In this document: piece after piece, positions 8,385 to 17,674 of the stretch | Position numbering within the stretch: position 1 is the first letter of the stretch | How the letters are laid out: every line of letters begins with the position of its first letter | Source: Rubripirellula sp. | Lineage (GTDB): Bacteria > Planctomycetota > Planctomycetia > Pirellulales > Pirellulaceae | Direction: 5' to 3' | Length of the DNA stretch: 64,000 nucleotides | NCBI GenBank assembly: GCA_965216875.1 | Contig: OZ244207.1 | Coordinates: 448,001-512,000, forward strand | The notes under the pieces: generated by a model | Told to the model about the DNA's origin: nothing | The model's database searches: none | The model's input: only the letters and a program-made list of their open reading frames with translations | Translations under genes and position numbers: made by a program

Positions 8385-10594
8385 TGGGTCTTGGTATCTC
8401 GCAATCCGTTGCGTGAATCAGGCAGCCCGCGGTTTTGAGTTTCCGTTTGGGCAACCTGTGATTCGGCACGAATGTCATCTGCTTGGTGGCGCGCTGTGCC
8501 AGTTTCTGCATTTGCCAGGGCTTCTTCCCACCAGCGGTAGGCGTCACCGGCGTTCCAATGATAAGCATCCAGGCACTGACGCAGGGCGTCGGCGAGGTCA
8601 TCGACACGCTGCGGACGCTCCTCGGGGTCTTTCCGCAGACAGCTCATCAGGACATTTTGCAGGTCTTCAGGCAGGGGGGCGCCAATCCGGTCACTCGGTC
8701 GCAACGGCTCCTCATCAAGCTGTTTCAAACAGATATCAACCGCCGCTTCCCCCTCGAATGTAGGCACTCCGGTCAATAACGTGTACCCGACAGCCCCGAT
8801 CGAATACAGATCACTTCGTTCGTCGGCCAAACGAGCGTTTCGCACCGATTCGGGCGACATGTACATCGGAGTCCCGGTAATTGCGTCTGAAACGGTCACT
8901 TCGGTCGACTCTCGATCGATTTCTTTGACGAGTCCGAAGTCGAGAACTTTCACCATGTCGTACAAGCCGGATCGGGCCGAGACGAGAATATTGGCCGGTT
9001 TGATGTCTCGATGGACCAAGCCCAATTGATGGGCTTCGCCGAGTGAACCGCAAATCTGCAACAGAAGATGGATCACACGCGCCGGCGGTTGGCGGCCGAA
9101 CTGGTCGATCAGTTGTTGTAGTGTGATCCCATCGACGAACTCCATCACGTAGTAGAACGTGTCATCTTTGGTGCGACCGTAATCGTAAATCGCGATCGTG
9201 TTTGGGTGCCGTAGTCTCGCGGTCAATTGAACTTCTCGTTCAAACCGCAACAACGACAACGAGGTTGCGTCGTCACCCTCAAGGACTTTCACCGCAACGT
9301 CCCGCTTGAGCACATCGTGTGTGCCTCGATAGACAGCCCCCATGCCTCCTTGTCCAACGACTTCCTTGAGCTCGTACGCGCCCAGCCGCCTTGAAGACCG
9401 ATCGTCCGATGGTGAACGGAATTTGATTCGGTCAGTAATCTCTTGATGCGACACCCAAACCACCGACCCCACGACCAGCAGCGCGAGCAAGCTCCAAAAG
9501 ACGTTTCGCAGTACGTTCAGGTGCGCGTAGACCTGATCGACGTCGATCTTGGTTGCAACTCCAAACTCATCGTCGGGAAGCCATTGCCACGCAGCCACGA
9601 CGTTGCGACCTCGGTAGTCAATGTACCCATCGACATGGACGCCCTTTGATCCTCGCGTCACTTGATCGGCCATCAAGGTGAGTGGCCGACGCCGCGAGCT
9701 CTTGGATACCGGCGTCTGGGACAAATCGTCGCGAACTCGCAGTTGGACGTTGAGCGCGCTGCCAGCGGAGCCAGACTTCGACATCACACCCGCCTCGCGC
9801 AACAACGACTCGTGTCGGCTTGGCGAAATCAGTGTGCCGCTTCGATCCAAGGCGATCGTTTCACTTGTGGGGCCTGCGCGGGCCGTCTCAAAGAGCTTAA
9901 AAAACGACTCCGATGGATCGATCAACAACATCATCAGGCCGTCGGTTCGCCCACCGCGAGTGACCGGGACGATGGTCGCCATGATCGGATTGCCGCCAAA
10001 CTTCAGCGGCCCCTCGTCTCGAAGTGGAGCCGGAGCGGGAAACGGACGACAGACCGTTGATTCGCGACTGAGCAATTTGGTCATCGAGTCCGGCGGAATC
10101 AAAACCGTCTTGCCGTTCAGGTCATCGACGCTCGCGGTGACGACGCGGCCATCGGAATCGCAAAGCAACCATCCAAAGTAGATCGAGTTGGCAAGATGTG
10201 GCAGCAATTGGTTCTCGAGCGAGCCGACTTGGTCTTGGATGCCATGGGACGACTCAGGCGACTGGGGCGCATCGGCAAGGATCGTTCGTGCCGTTTGCAA
10301 CAGGGGCTCGTTCGCTTCCAGCGATTCGGCTTCGTTTTGACGAGCGGTCATCCAAAGATCTACCGATTGGACCGTCGACTCGACCAATGCTTCGAGTGAT
10401 TGACGGGTCTGTGCAGCTGTCGTCACGCGAACCCGGTTGCCGATCCACCAACCGGCGGCAATGAAACAGGCGATCACCGTGCCCGCCGCCAGCGGCGCGA
10501 ACGATCGGGGCCGACGCCATGCCGAACGCCGCGATGAGCGTTGGTCTTGCCGCACGACTTCGGCTGAATCGAGGTGATAACTGTCTGTTTCCAT
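8381..10594 (-). CDS. Membrane Ser/Thr protein kinase with periplasmic Cache-like sensor domain
   Basis: GQGGMGAVY, VAVK, HRDIKPAN, DFG, GTPMYMSPE, SDLYSIG; two TM helices flanking a Cache-like region (GYIDYRGRNVVAAW). Confidence 0.92.
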   Translation of the reverse strand: METDSYHLDSAEVVRQDQRSSRRSAWRRPRSFAPLAAGTVIACFIAAGWWIGNRVRVTTAAQTRQSLEALVESTVQSVDLWMTARQNEAESLEANEPLLQTARTILADAPQSPESSHGIQDQVGSLENQLLPHLANSIYFGWLLCDSDGRVVTASVDDLNGKTVLIPPDSMTKLLSRESTVCRPFPAPAPLRDEGPLKFGGNPIMATIVPVTRGGRTDGLMMLLIDPSESFFKLFETARAGPTSETIALDRSGTLISPSRHESLLREAGVMSKSGSAGSALNVQLRVRDDLSQTPVSKSSRRRPLTLMADQVTRGSKGVHVDGYIDYRGRNVVAAWQWLPDDEFGVATKIDVDQVYAHLNVLRNVFWSLLALLVVGSVVWVSHQEITDRIKFRSPSDDRSSRRLGAYELKEVVGQGGMGAVYRGTHDVLKRDVAVKVLEGDDATSLSLLRFEREVQLTARLRHPNTIAIYDYGRTKDDTFYYVMEFVDGITLQQLIDQFGRQPPARVIHLLLQICGSLGEAHQLGLVHRDIKPANILVSARSGLYDMVKVLDFGLVKEIDRESTEVTVSDAITGTPMYMSPESVRNARLADERSDLYSIGAVGYTLLTGVPTFEGEAAVDICLKQLDEEPLRPSDRIGAPLPEDLQNVLMSCLRKDPEERPQRVDDLADALRQCLDAYHWNAGDAYRWWEEALANAETGTARHQADDIRAESQVAQTETQNRGLPDSRNGLRDTKTH

Positions 10595-10750
10595 TCAACC
10601 AATATCGTCGAAAACAACGCCGAAAAGTAGTGTGTCTTGGGCGCAGAGCTTATCATCCGACACGAACGCGTTTTTCCAAACGACAGCAGCTCGCGTTGAC
10701 ATGCACGCGGAATGCGGCCCACCTCCGACCCGATCCCACCACACTCCAAA

Positions 10751-12102
10751 ATGAAACACCTGCTTTTTCTGACGTTTTGTTTCGCTGCCCTTGCCAACCT
10801 CGACTCGACCGCGGCGGCCAACGAACGACCGGCGCAACCGCTTCCGAACATCGTGGTGATCTTTAGCGACGATCAAGGGTTTCACGACGTCGGCTGTTAC
10901 GGCAGCGAAATCAAGACACCCCACCTCGATCAGCTCGCTCGGCAAGGCATGCGTCTGACTCAGTTCTATGCCGCCAGCAGCATTTGTACGCCTTCGCGAT
11001 ACGGCTTGCTCACAGGCAATTACGCTCACCGTTCCCAAGATCAGCTGCTCGGTGCGCTGATGTTCCTCGAAGAAGAGGACGCCGCTCGGGGAATCCGCTC
11101 CGGTGAAGCAACGTACGTGTCGATGTTAAACGCCGCCGGATACGACACGGCTCTGGTTGGCAAGTGGCATCTCGGGCATGGCCAACAAGAGTTTTGGCCG
11201 ACCGAACATGGATTCGACACCTTCTTTGGGCACACGGGCGGATGCGTCGATTTCTTTACCTTGAACTATGCCAACAAGCCCGATTGGTATCGTGGTCGAA
11301 CGATTGTTCATCCCGACGGCTACGCGACCGACGTGATCACCGAAGAGGCGATTGACGTTCTGCGGCAATCAAAACGAAACGACAAACCGGTCTACTTACA
11401 TATTGCCTACAACGCGCCGCACTTTGGCAAGGCTGGGACGACCAGGCTAAGAAACCGGTCAACGTGATGCAGCCGAGCGAAAAGGACTTGGCGCGTGTTT
11501 CGATGATCGAAGATCCCTTGCGACGCGCCTTCGCCGCCAAAGTCGTTGGCATGGACGAAGGCATTGGACGCATCATGAGTGCGCTTGATGAACTTGCTAT
11601 GGCTGACAACACGCTTGTGATCTTCATGACCGATCATGGTGGCGATGCACGTTATGGTGGTTCAAACGAGCCCTTTCGCGGCGGCAAAGCAACGCTGTTC
11701 GAAGGCGGTATCCGTGTTCCCTGCATCATTCGGTGGCCTGAAACTGTGCCAGCCGGCAGCGTTTCCGATGCGGTCACCTGCGCGATTGACCTCGCAGAGA
11801 CCTTTGCCGAAATCACGGGCCAGCCCGTGCCCGACACCGATGGTCAATCGATCCTTTCAGTTTTCAAAGGCGATGCATCGGACGCTCCACGGACCTTGGT
11901 TTGGAAAACGGGGGCCCACGCTTCGCTAGCGCGCAAGTCGTGGCTTGCCGTTCGCCAAGGCGATTGGAAATGGGTCAGGCAGCCAGGCAAACAGGGAATG
12001 CTGTTTGACCTCGAAAGCGATCCGGCAGAATCAAACGATCTGGCAGAGCTCGAATCTGCGATTGCAAAGAAGCTTGAGCGGATCGCGGTCGAATCAAGGT
12101 GA
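10751..12102 (+). pseudogene. Arylsulfatase (formylglycine-dependent) split by a 1-bp frameshift at ~11431 (pseudogene or sequencing error)
   Basis: Signal peptide, PNIVVIFSDD, CTPSRYGLLTG, GKWHLG and NAPH in the first frame; continues in another frame as GWDDQAKKPVNVMQP...MDEGIG...TDHGG...GGKATLFEGGIRVP. Confidence 0.85.
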
Positions 12103-12300
12103 TGGCTGTTGCATCCATGAAACCACGAACTCGATGGACAACCATGATCTCAATGGATTGACTCGCAACGTTTGTCGGTACTCGTCCCCGTCAATCTTGC
12201 GGATACGCTACACTCCACTCGGGGGCGGATCTCTGCACCGGCCAGGTTCGACCCTCTTACCGGTCCGTTCCTATCACAGTGTCGCCGAAAGGATCCTTCC

Positions 12301-12660
12301 GTGGTCGAGATAATTGTTGTCATCGCGCTTTGCCGCGGACTTGGTCGGAGGCTACGCGACAAGGGCTACAAGCCGTTCTGGTTCCAGGCGATGCTTGTTG
12401 TCGGCTGGATTGGCGGCGAAATCATGGGTGGGTTTATTGGCGGGATCTATCATGTCATCCGCAACGGCCCGAATGTGGAACCCGGATTGGAGATTTATCT
12501 GTTTGCGATTGGAGTGGCTGTGATGAGCGCCTGCTTTTGCTATTTGGTCGCGCATCTGCTTCCAGACAAAAATGCAGTCGCGCAACCTGCGGTTCATACA
12601 ACCGCCGAAGATCCGTTCGATGAACGGATTCGAGATGCCAATAATCCGTACGCGCCGTGA
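12301..12660 (+). CDS. Small membrane protein (about 3 TM segments)
   Basis: GTG start after GAAAGGA; hydrophobic segments; ends in NPYAP, a motif common in planctomycete proteins. Confidence 0.65.
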   Translation: MVEIIVVIALCRGLGRRLRDKGYKPFWFQAMLVVGWIGGEIMGGFIGGIYHVIRNGPNVEPGLEIYLFAIGVAVMSACFCYLVAHLLPDKNAVAQPAVHTTAEDPFDERIRDANNPYAP

Positions 12661-12666
12661 CAAACG

Positions 12667-15045
12667 TTAGCGATCGGTCACCAGGTTGACCGAAGTGATG
12701 GTCAAGCCGTCGCGCGGTTCGATCTTGATCGTGTTCTCTTCGCGCACGTGGCTTGCCGGTACTTCGATCGAGACAGTGCCAAAGAGATGTTTGAATTCGT
12801 TTGCCCATTCGGCTTCCGATTCAATCGCGTGCCCGTTGATCGTTCCGCTCAACACGCCACCCAATCCGCCTTCGCGAAAGACGCCAACATTGACCACTGC
12901 CCGGCGAATCTCATCGGGATTGGCCACGTTGATGCGATAACCTTCGGCGGGAACTCCATGCGACTTGATCGCCGTTCCAGGTGCGTACGACGTCTTGCGG
13001 TTGATCGAACCTTCAATTTCCAGTGGTTCAGTCAGATTCACTGTGACGACTGTCGATTCTTCCACATCGACCTCGACCCGTGACAAGTCATCAAGCACGA
13101 CGTCGTCGTGGTAGTGGATTTCGCCGTCACGATAGTAAAGGCGTCGCTGCGAGATTGAATCGATCGCCAGACTTCCGACCAGAGGGGTGATGTTAAGCGA
13201 GAGCCGGCGGCCGCCCATGTTGGTAATGGCAAACTGCAAACGTTTGCCTTTGTGAACCGCAGTGATGTCAAGGAATTCACGATCGAACGCGACGGGCAAT
13301 CTTCGTCCATCGAAATCTCGCCACAGGTCGAAGAAGTGCACCATCGGCGTGGGGTCACAATCGGCAAGCGTCGCGTTGTTTGGCTTTCCATCTTTGGGGA
13401 TGAAGGCCACGTCGCCGCTTTTGGGATTCCACGGCATACTCAAAAAGATAAACGGCACTGCAAGTTCGATCTGTTCGGGGCGTTGTGACAGCTTATGCAT
13501 GTAAGCACTGTACGCTCGCAAACGAAGCCAGTAGTCACTCGGGCCGCGACCGGGCTGGAGTGAGCCGCATTCAGTAATCAGGATGGGCTTGACGTTATCG
13601 GTCGCGTGCATGTGTGCACGAAACATATCGAGAATCGCTTCCAGACGCCCCAGCAAGTAGTTGGTGTATTTTCCATCGCGACGTTCCCAAGCACCGAGCG
13701 AACCGTAGTCTTCGTAAAAGTGGTGTGAGTAAAAGTCGACGTGGTCTTTGGTCAAATCCATGAACTTCAGCTGGTTGCGATACAGGTCAAAGTCGTTGAC
13801 TTGGACTTGCATCCAGGCCGAGGTCGGGCCGCCAACCATCGTTTCGGGACTGCGCTCGTGAACGGCTTTGGCAACTCGATTGTGAAGGTCCGCCATCAGC
13901 GCCCAGGCATCCACATCGGGGCGGTAGTGGTAATCCCATTCGGCTTTGATCGTTGCTTCGTTTTTGACTTCCCAATAACTGGCGGATCGACCACCGTCCT
14001 TGATCTGGTCTTCGACGTAGGCCGCTGCGAGTTCCGCGGCATCGTCAAAGTGCTCGACCAGTGGTGTGCCGCGGCCGACTTGTTCCACCGACATGAAATC
14101 GGGGTACTCGTCAAAACACATGGCAAACTTGATGTCGCGGAATTGGGGGATCGTTCGTGAACGTCCGCTGTTGTAACGATCGAAGAAACTCAGGTCGGCC
14201 GCGCCCGGTTTGTCGGTGCGATCGGTCAGTTTCGGTTGATTTGGCGAGTAGCCTTTGACCAGAGCCGGTTGGAACTTCATGATCTGACGACCCGGCTGGA
14301 AATTGCGTTCGGCGGCCCAGTTTTCAAAATGTTGATCGAGGTTTCCGGGCGCCGCGTAGTAGCGAAAGAACTTTTCACGCTCGAGATCGACGTGCCCGTC
14401 AATCGACAATTCGTTTTGAGGGTCAAAGTTGACTTGCACCTTTTCACGCGGGTGTTCGGCGCCCAGGTTGCGATAAGGGATATCGTCAAAGATGGTCGAC
14501 AGCTTGGCCTGCGAGTTGAACGCAACTTCGGTAATGACTGCCTTGGTTCCGGGCTGGCATTGCACGCGGATTTGAATCGGTTGCATCGATTCGCTCGGAA
14601 TCGGCATCGCAGCGACTTTGGCCCGATAGATCTCATTCTTGCGAGTGCTCAGAGGAAGGTGGGACTTGGGTGCATAGGGATGCATGACCAAGCCGCCCAA
14701 ATGATCGAGCCCTTCGCCTCGAAGGATGATGTAGCGAAACATGCTGGCGACACGCTCGGCCCCAGGCGGCAAATCGATCGTCACGTCCCCACTGACTTCT
14801 CGCCGCTCGCTCGAGAGCACGATTTCGTCGAGAATCCGATGAGGCTCTTCGCCGCGAAAGCGGAGGATTTTGCCCTCTGCGAATTCACCCAGCAGATAGG
14901 AATGGGCCGCGCGACGAGCTTCGCCTTCGGCGCTCAACTTTGGGCCAGAGTTGGCCAGCGGAACCTGTGCAACACCGATTGTGGCAAAGCCCCAAACGCA
15001 ACAAACGGAAAGAGCGAATCGAAGCAAGAGCGGCTTGGCGACCAT
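12667..15045 (-). CDS. Secreted beta-porphyranase/beta-agarase, GH86-like
   Basis: Signal peptide (MVAKPLLLRFAL...); clan GH-A acid/base YWEVKNE, DFYSHHFYE, nucleophile region ILITECG; LEREKFFRYY and PGRQ as in GH86 porphyranases. Confidence 0.75.
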   Translation of the reverse strand: MVAKPLLLRFALSVCCVWGFATIGVAQVPLANSGPKLSAEGEARRAAHSYLLGEFAEGKILRFRGEEPHRILDEIVLSSERREVSGDVTIDLPPGAERVASMFRYIILRGEGLDHLGGLVMHPYAPKSHLPLSTRKNEIYRAKVAAMPIPSESMQPIQIRVQCQPGTKAVITEVAFNSQAKLSTIFDDIPYRNLGAEHPREKVQVNFDPQNELSIDGHVDLEREKFFRYYAAPGNLDQHFENWAAERNFQPGRQIMKFQPALVKGYSPNQPKLTDRTDKPGAADLSFFDRYNSGRSRTIPQFRDIKFAMCFDEYPDFMSVEQVGRGTPLVEHFDDAAELAAAYVEDQIKDGGRSASYWEVKNEATIKAEWDYHYRPDVDAWALMADLHNRVAKAVHERSPETMVGGPTSAWMQVQVNDFDLYRNQLKFMDLTKDHVDFYSHHFYEDYGSLGAWERRDGKYTNYLLGRLEAILDMFRAHMHATDNVKPILITECGSLQPGRGPSDYWLRLRAYSAYMHKLSQRPEQIELAVPFIFLSMPWNPKSGDVAFIPKDGKPNNATLADCDPTPMVHFFDLWRDFDGRRLPVAFDREFLDITAVHKGKRLQFAITNMGGRRLSLNITPLVGSLAIDSISQRRLYYRDGEIHYHDDVVLDDLSRVEVDVEESTVVTVNLTEPLEIEGSINRKTSYAPGTAIKSHGVPAEGYRINVANPDEIRRAVVNVGVFREGGLGGVLSGTINGHAIESEAEWANEFKHLFGTVSIEVPASHVREENTIKIEPRDGLTITSVNLVTDR

Positions 15046-15399
15046 GAATCGGCGAATGGTGTGAGGGGAAAACGAATGAGGAATTGCTTCATTTAATGGA
15101 AATCGACATGCCAAAAATCGGAATAGCTATTGCTGACTGAGCAGATCCAATAATGACACTAGCCACCCGCCGGTTGGCACACTGGCGAGAGGGAGCCGCG
15201 CGACGCAGGGTCGCACATCAAGAATTCATGCCTAATGTTTCTTTCTTGGCCGACCCGCCGTATTAAGATGGAAGGTCCCGCGGTCATCCCGCGGTCCCAC
15301 CTGTTTACGTTCGCCCTGGGTGGCGAGCCTTCTGCCCAGCCGGGGTGGCGCACGACGAGCCGCGCTGCTCGCCTCAACTATCAACGACGAAGAAACTCA

Positions 15400-16095
15400 A
15401 TGAAGACTGCAATTCACACACTGACTTTGGTCGCCCTGACCTCCGCGACAGCCTGTTGGGCGGGCAACCCATGCCGACGGATCGTTCGGTGCTGCACTCC
15501 GCGGCCGGCCTGCAATACTTCAGGCGATCAACCGAGCGAATTGAACATCATGCTGACCACGGAACTGGTCGCGCTCCGTAAAGAGCTAGAAGAGATGAAA
15601 GTGGCCATGGCCGAAAAGGACAAGGCACTCGAGGAGGCAACTCAATTGGTCGCGACGCAAAAGGACGAAGCGGAGCAGCAGCTGCAGAAATTTGCACGCG
15701 AAACGCGTCGCGCAGCGAAGGCCGAAAAAGGACTCGCCGAAGCACAGCAAAAGCTTGCTGCGACCGAAGCGAAGCTTGCCGAGTCGAATGCGGTCAAAGA
15801 GAAGCAAGCCGTTGCCGCTAAACAGGCCGCGGCAAAGTTGAAAAAGCAAAACGCCCAGCTCAAGAAACAACTCGATAAGTCGAAAAACGCCTTGGCCAAA
15901 GCACAGGACGCTCTGGCGAAAGAAAAGCAAAATCGCGAGCAGGAACGCCAGCAACAACAGCAGGCTGCAGAGAATGCGGCAAAGGAAGAGGAAACCGCTG
16001 AGGAAGCGGTCGAAGAGGTTGCTGAGGAAGAAGTTGCTGCTGAGGAAGAAGTTGCTGCTGAGGAAGTGGTTGAGGAAACCGCAACCGAAGAGTGA
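15400..16095 (+). CDS. Exported coiled-coil protein with acidic repeat tail
   Basis: Signal peptide MKTAIHTLTLVALTSATACWA, Cys-rich stretch, long K/A/E/Q coiled coil, AEEEVA repeats encoded by an 18-bp tandem (gctgaggaagaagttgct). Confidence 0.75.
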   Translation: MKTAIHTLTLVALTSATACWAGNPCRRIVRCCTPRPACNTSGDQPSELNIMLTTELVALRKELEEMKVAMAEKDKALEEATQLVATQKDEAEQQLQKFARETRRAAKAEKGLAEAQQKLAATEAKLAESNAVKEKQAVAAKQAAAKLKKQNAQLKKQLDKSKNALAKAQDALAKEKQNREQERQQQQQAAENAAKEEETAEEAVEEVAEEEVAAEEEVAAEEVVEETATEE

Positions 16096-16140
16096 GCAGA
16101 GCTTTGGATTCGTTCCCTCGCAAAGCGGGGGAGCGATTCC

Positions 16141-16392
16141 GTGAGCCGAACGCAACGTGAGCCGTGATCGCGTAAGCGACCGGGCCTCTGTTCGTTGTAG
16201 CTACGCTCGCCAGAGCGTGGTGTGGTGGAAAGTGTTTCGCCGTCGCGTCCACCTTTTCTGGCGAAGTGAGCCGAACGCGCCAGCGTCGGGCCCTACGAAA
16301 TCAATCCGAAAGTAAGGCCAGACACTAGCGCGTGCGGCTCACGGGACGCGGAGCGTCCGAAGAATGCGTTACCACGCGGAGCGGGGTAACGA
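16141..16392. repeat. Mosaic of palindromic REP-like elements (GTGAGCCG family, GTAG-CTACGCTCGCCAGAGCGTGG family, CGTT(A/C)C-type family)
   Basis: 16157-16187 is the near-exact reverse complement of 38942-38972; 16197-16220 equals the REP of the 60662 array; 16344-16391 is ggacgcggagcgtcc...cgttaccacgcggagcggggtaacg, a double hairpin. Confidence 0.8.
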
Positions 16393-16441
16393 GGTGAGGT
16401 AGGGGTAACGAGTTGGGAGGTGGGGCGATTGGGCGATTGGC

Positions 16442-17518
16442 TTACCAGCGCATCAGGGCTGTGCCCCAGGCCAGTCCGGCTCCGAAACCGCAAAGGAGAA
16501 CGAGGTCGCCTTTCTTGATGCGTCCTTCGCTCGCCGCTTCGCAAAGGGCCAGCGGAATGCTCGCCGCCGATGTGTTCCCGTAGCGATCAAGGTTCACGTA
16601 GACCTTTTCCTCGGGGACGTTCAAATCGGAGACTGCCGAGTCGATGATGCGTTGATTGGCTTGATGCAACACGACCAATCCGAGTTGGTCACTGGTGACA
16701 CCCGCCTCGGTCATCACTTGTTTGGCACTCTCATCAAAAACGCGCACGGCCCACTTGAAGACGTTGCGTCCGTCCATGCGCAAGTACTGTTGCCCTGATT
16801 GATGCGCTTCAGGCGTCAGCGACTGACGCGTTCCGCCGGCGGGAACACAAAGCATCTCGCCGCCGCAACCTTCGCTACCGAGTTGGTACGAAAGGATGCC
16901 TTCGCCACCGGCGTTGGGCTTCAAGATCGCGGCACCCGCTGCGTCACCAAAGAGCGGGTATGTTTTCTTGTCTTCTGGATTGACCGTGCGGCTCATGAGG
17001 TCAGCGCCAACGACCAACGCACACTTGCTGTTTCCAGCTGCGATGAATTGGCCAGCGGTGACCATGCCGTACATGAATCCGGCACACGCTGCGTTGACGT
17101 CCATGGCTGGGGCGAACACGCCCAAGCGTTTTTGTAAGTGACACGCTGTCGAAGGTGTCGGATGATCGGGGGTCATCGTCGCGACGATGATCAGATCGAT
17201 TTCTTCGGCCGTCACCCCAGCACGCTGCATCGCTTCGACCGAGGCGGCGTAACAGAGATCGCTGGTGGCTTGGTCCTCGGCAGCTCGGCGACGCTCCAGG
17301 ATGCCGGTGCGACGGACGATCCATTCGCTGTCACAGCCAAGAGCGGCCAAGTCCTCGTTCGTCACCACTTCTTCGGGGACATACGCGCCCAGTGAAGCGA
17401 TCTCGACGCCAGCGACCTTTCCCATGCGGCCACGTCGATTCGCTGTGGCGGGCACCTTTTTGGTCATGGCATGTCGAGGACGAACCCGATTTCTTGCGGT
17501 CGAAGTCAGTTCGGTCAT
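16442..17518 (-). CDS. fabH: 3-oxoacyl-ACP synthase III
   Basis: WIVRRTGILERR, DVNAACAGF (Cys), LFGDAAGA, LHQANQRI (His), YGNTSAASIP (Asn), GFGAGLAWG; start codon uncertain. Confidence 0.93.
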   Translation of the reverse strand: MTELTSTARNRVRPRHAMTKKVPATANRRGRMGKVAGVEIASLGAYVPEEVVTNEDLAALGCDSEWIVRRTGILERRRAAEDQATSDLCYAASVEAMQRAGVTAEEIDLIIVATMTPDHPTPSTACHLQKRLGVFAPAMDVNAACAGFMYGMVTAGQFIAAGNSKCALVVGADLMSRTVNPEDKKTYPLFGDAAGAAILKPNAGGEGILSYQLGSEGCGGEMLCVPAGGTRQSLTPEAHQSGQQYLRMDGRNVFKWAVRVFDESAKQVMTEAGVTSDQLGLVVLHQANQRIIDSAVSDLNVPEEKVYVNLDRYGNTSAASIPLALCEAASEGRIKKGDLVLLCGFGAGLAWGTALMRW

Positions 17519-17674
17519 TCGCGCTCGAGAAGGGGTAGGATGTCTGTATGAAAAATGTGCGCAGGATCCATTGCACAGCACTGAAAAATCAGCTCTGAGT
17601 ATAACGAGACAGGCCCTACGTTAGTAGATGTTCCTTCGTTCGCAGCGTCCCCCCCGAAGAGATCGAGCGTTAAT

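Noticed and set aside
16106..16140. Terminator after the coiled-coil gene
   Set aside because: A GC-rich hairpin is present but has no following T tract, which may have been displaced by the REP mosaic; left uncalled.
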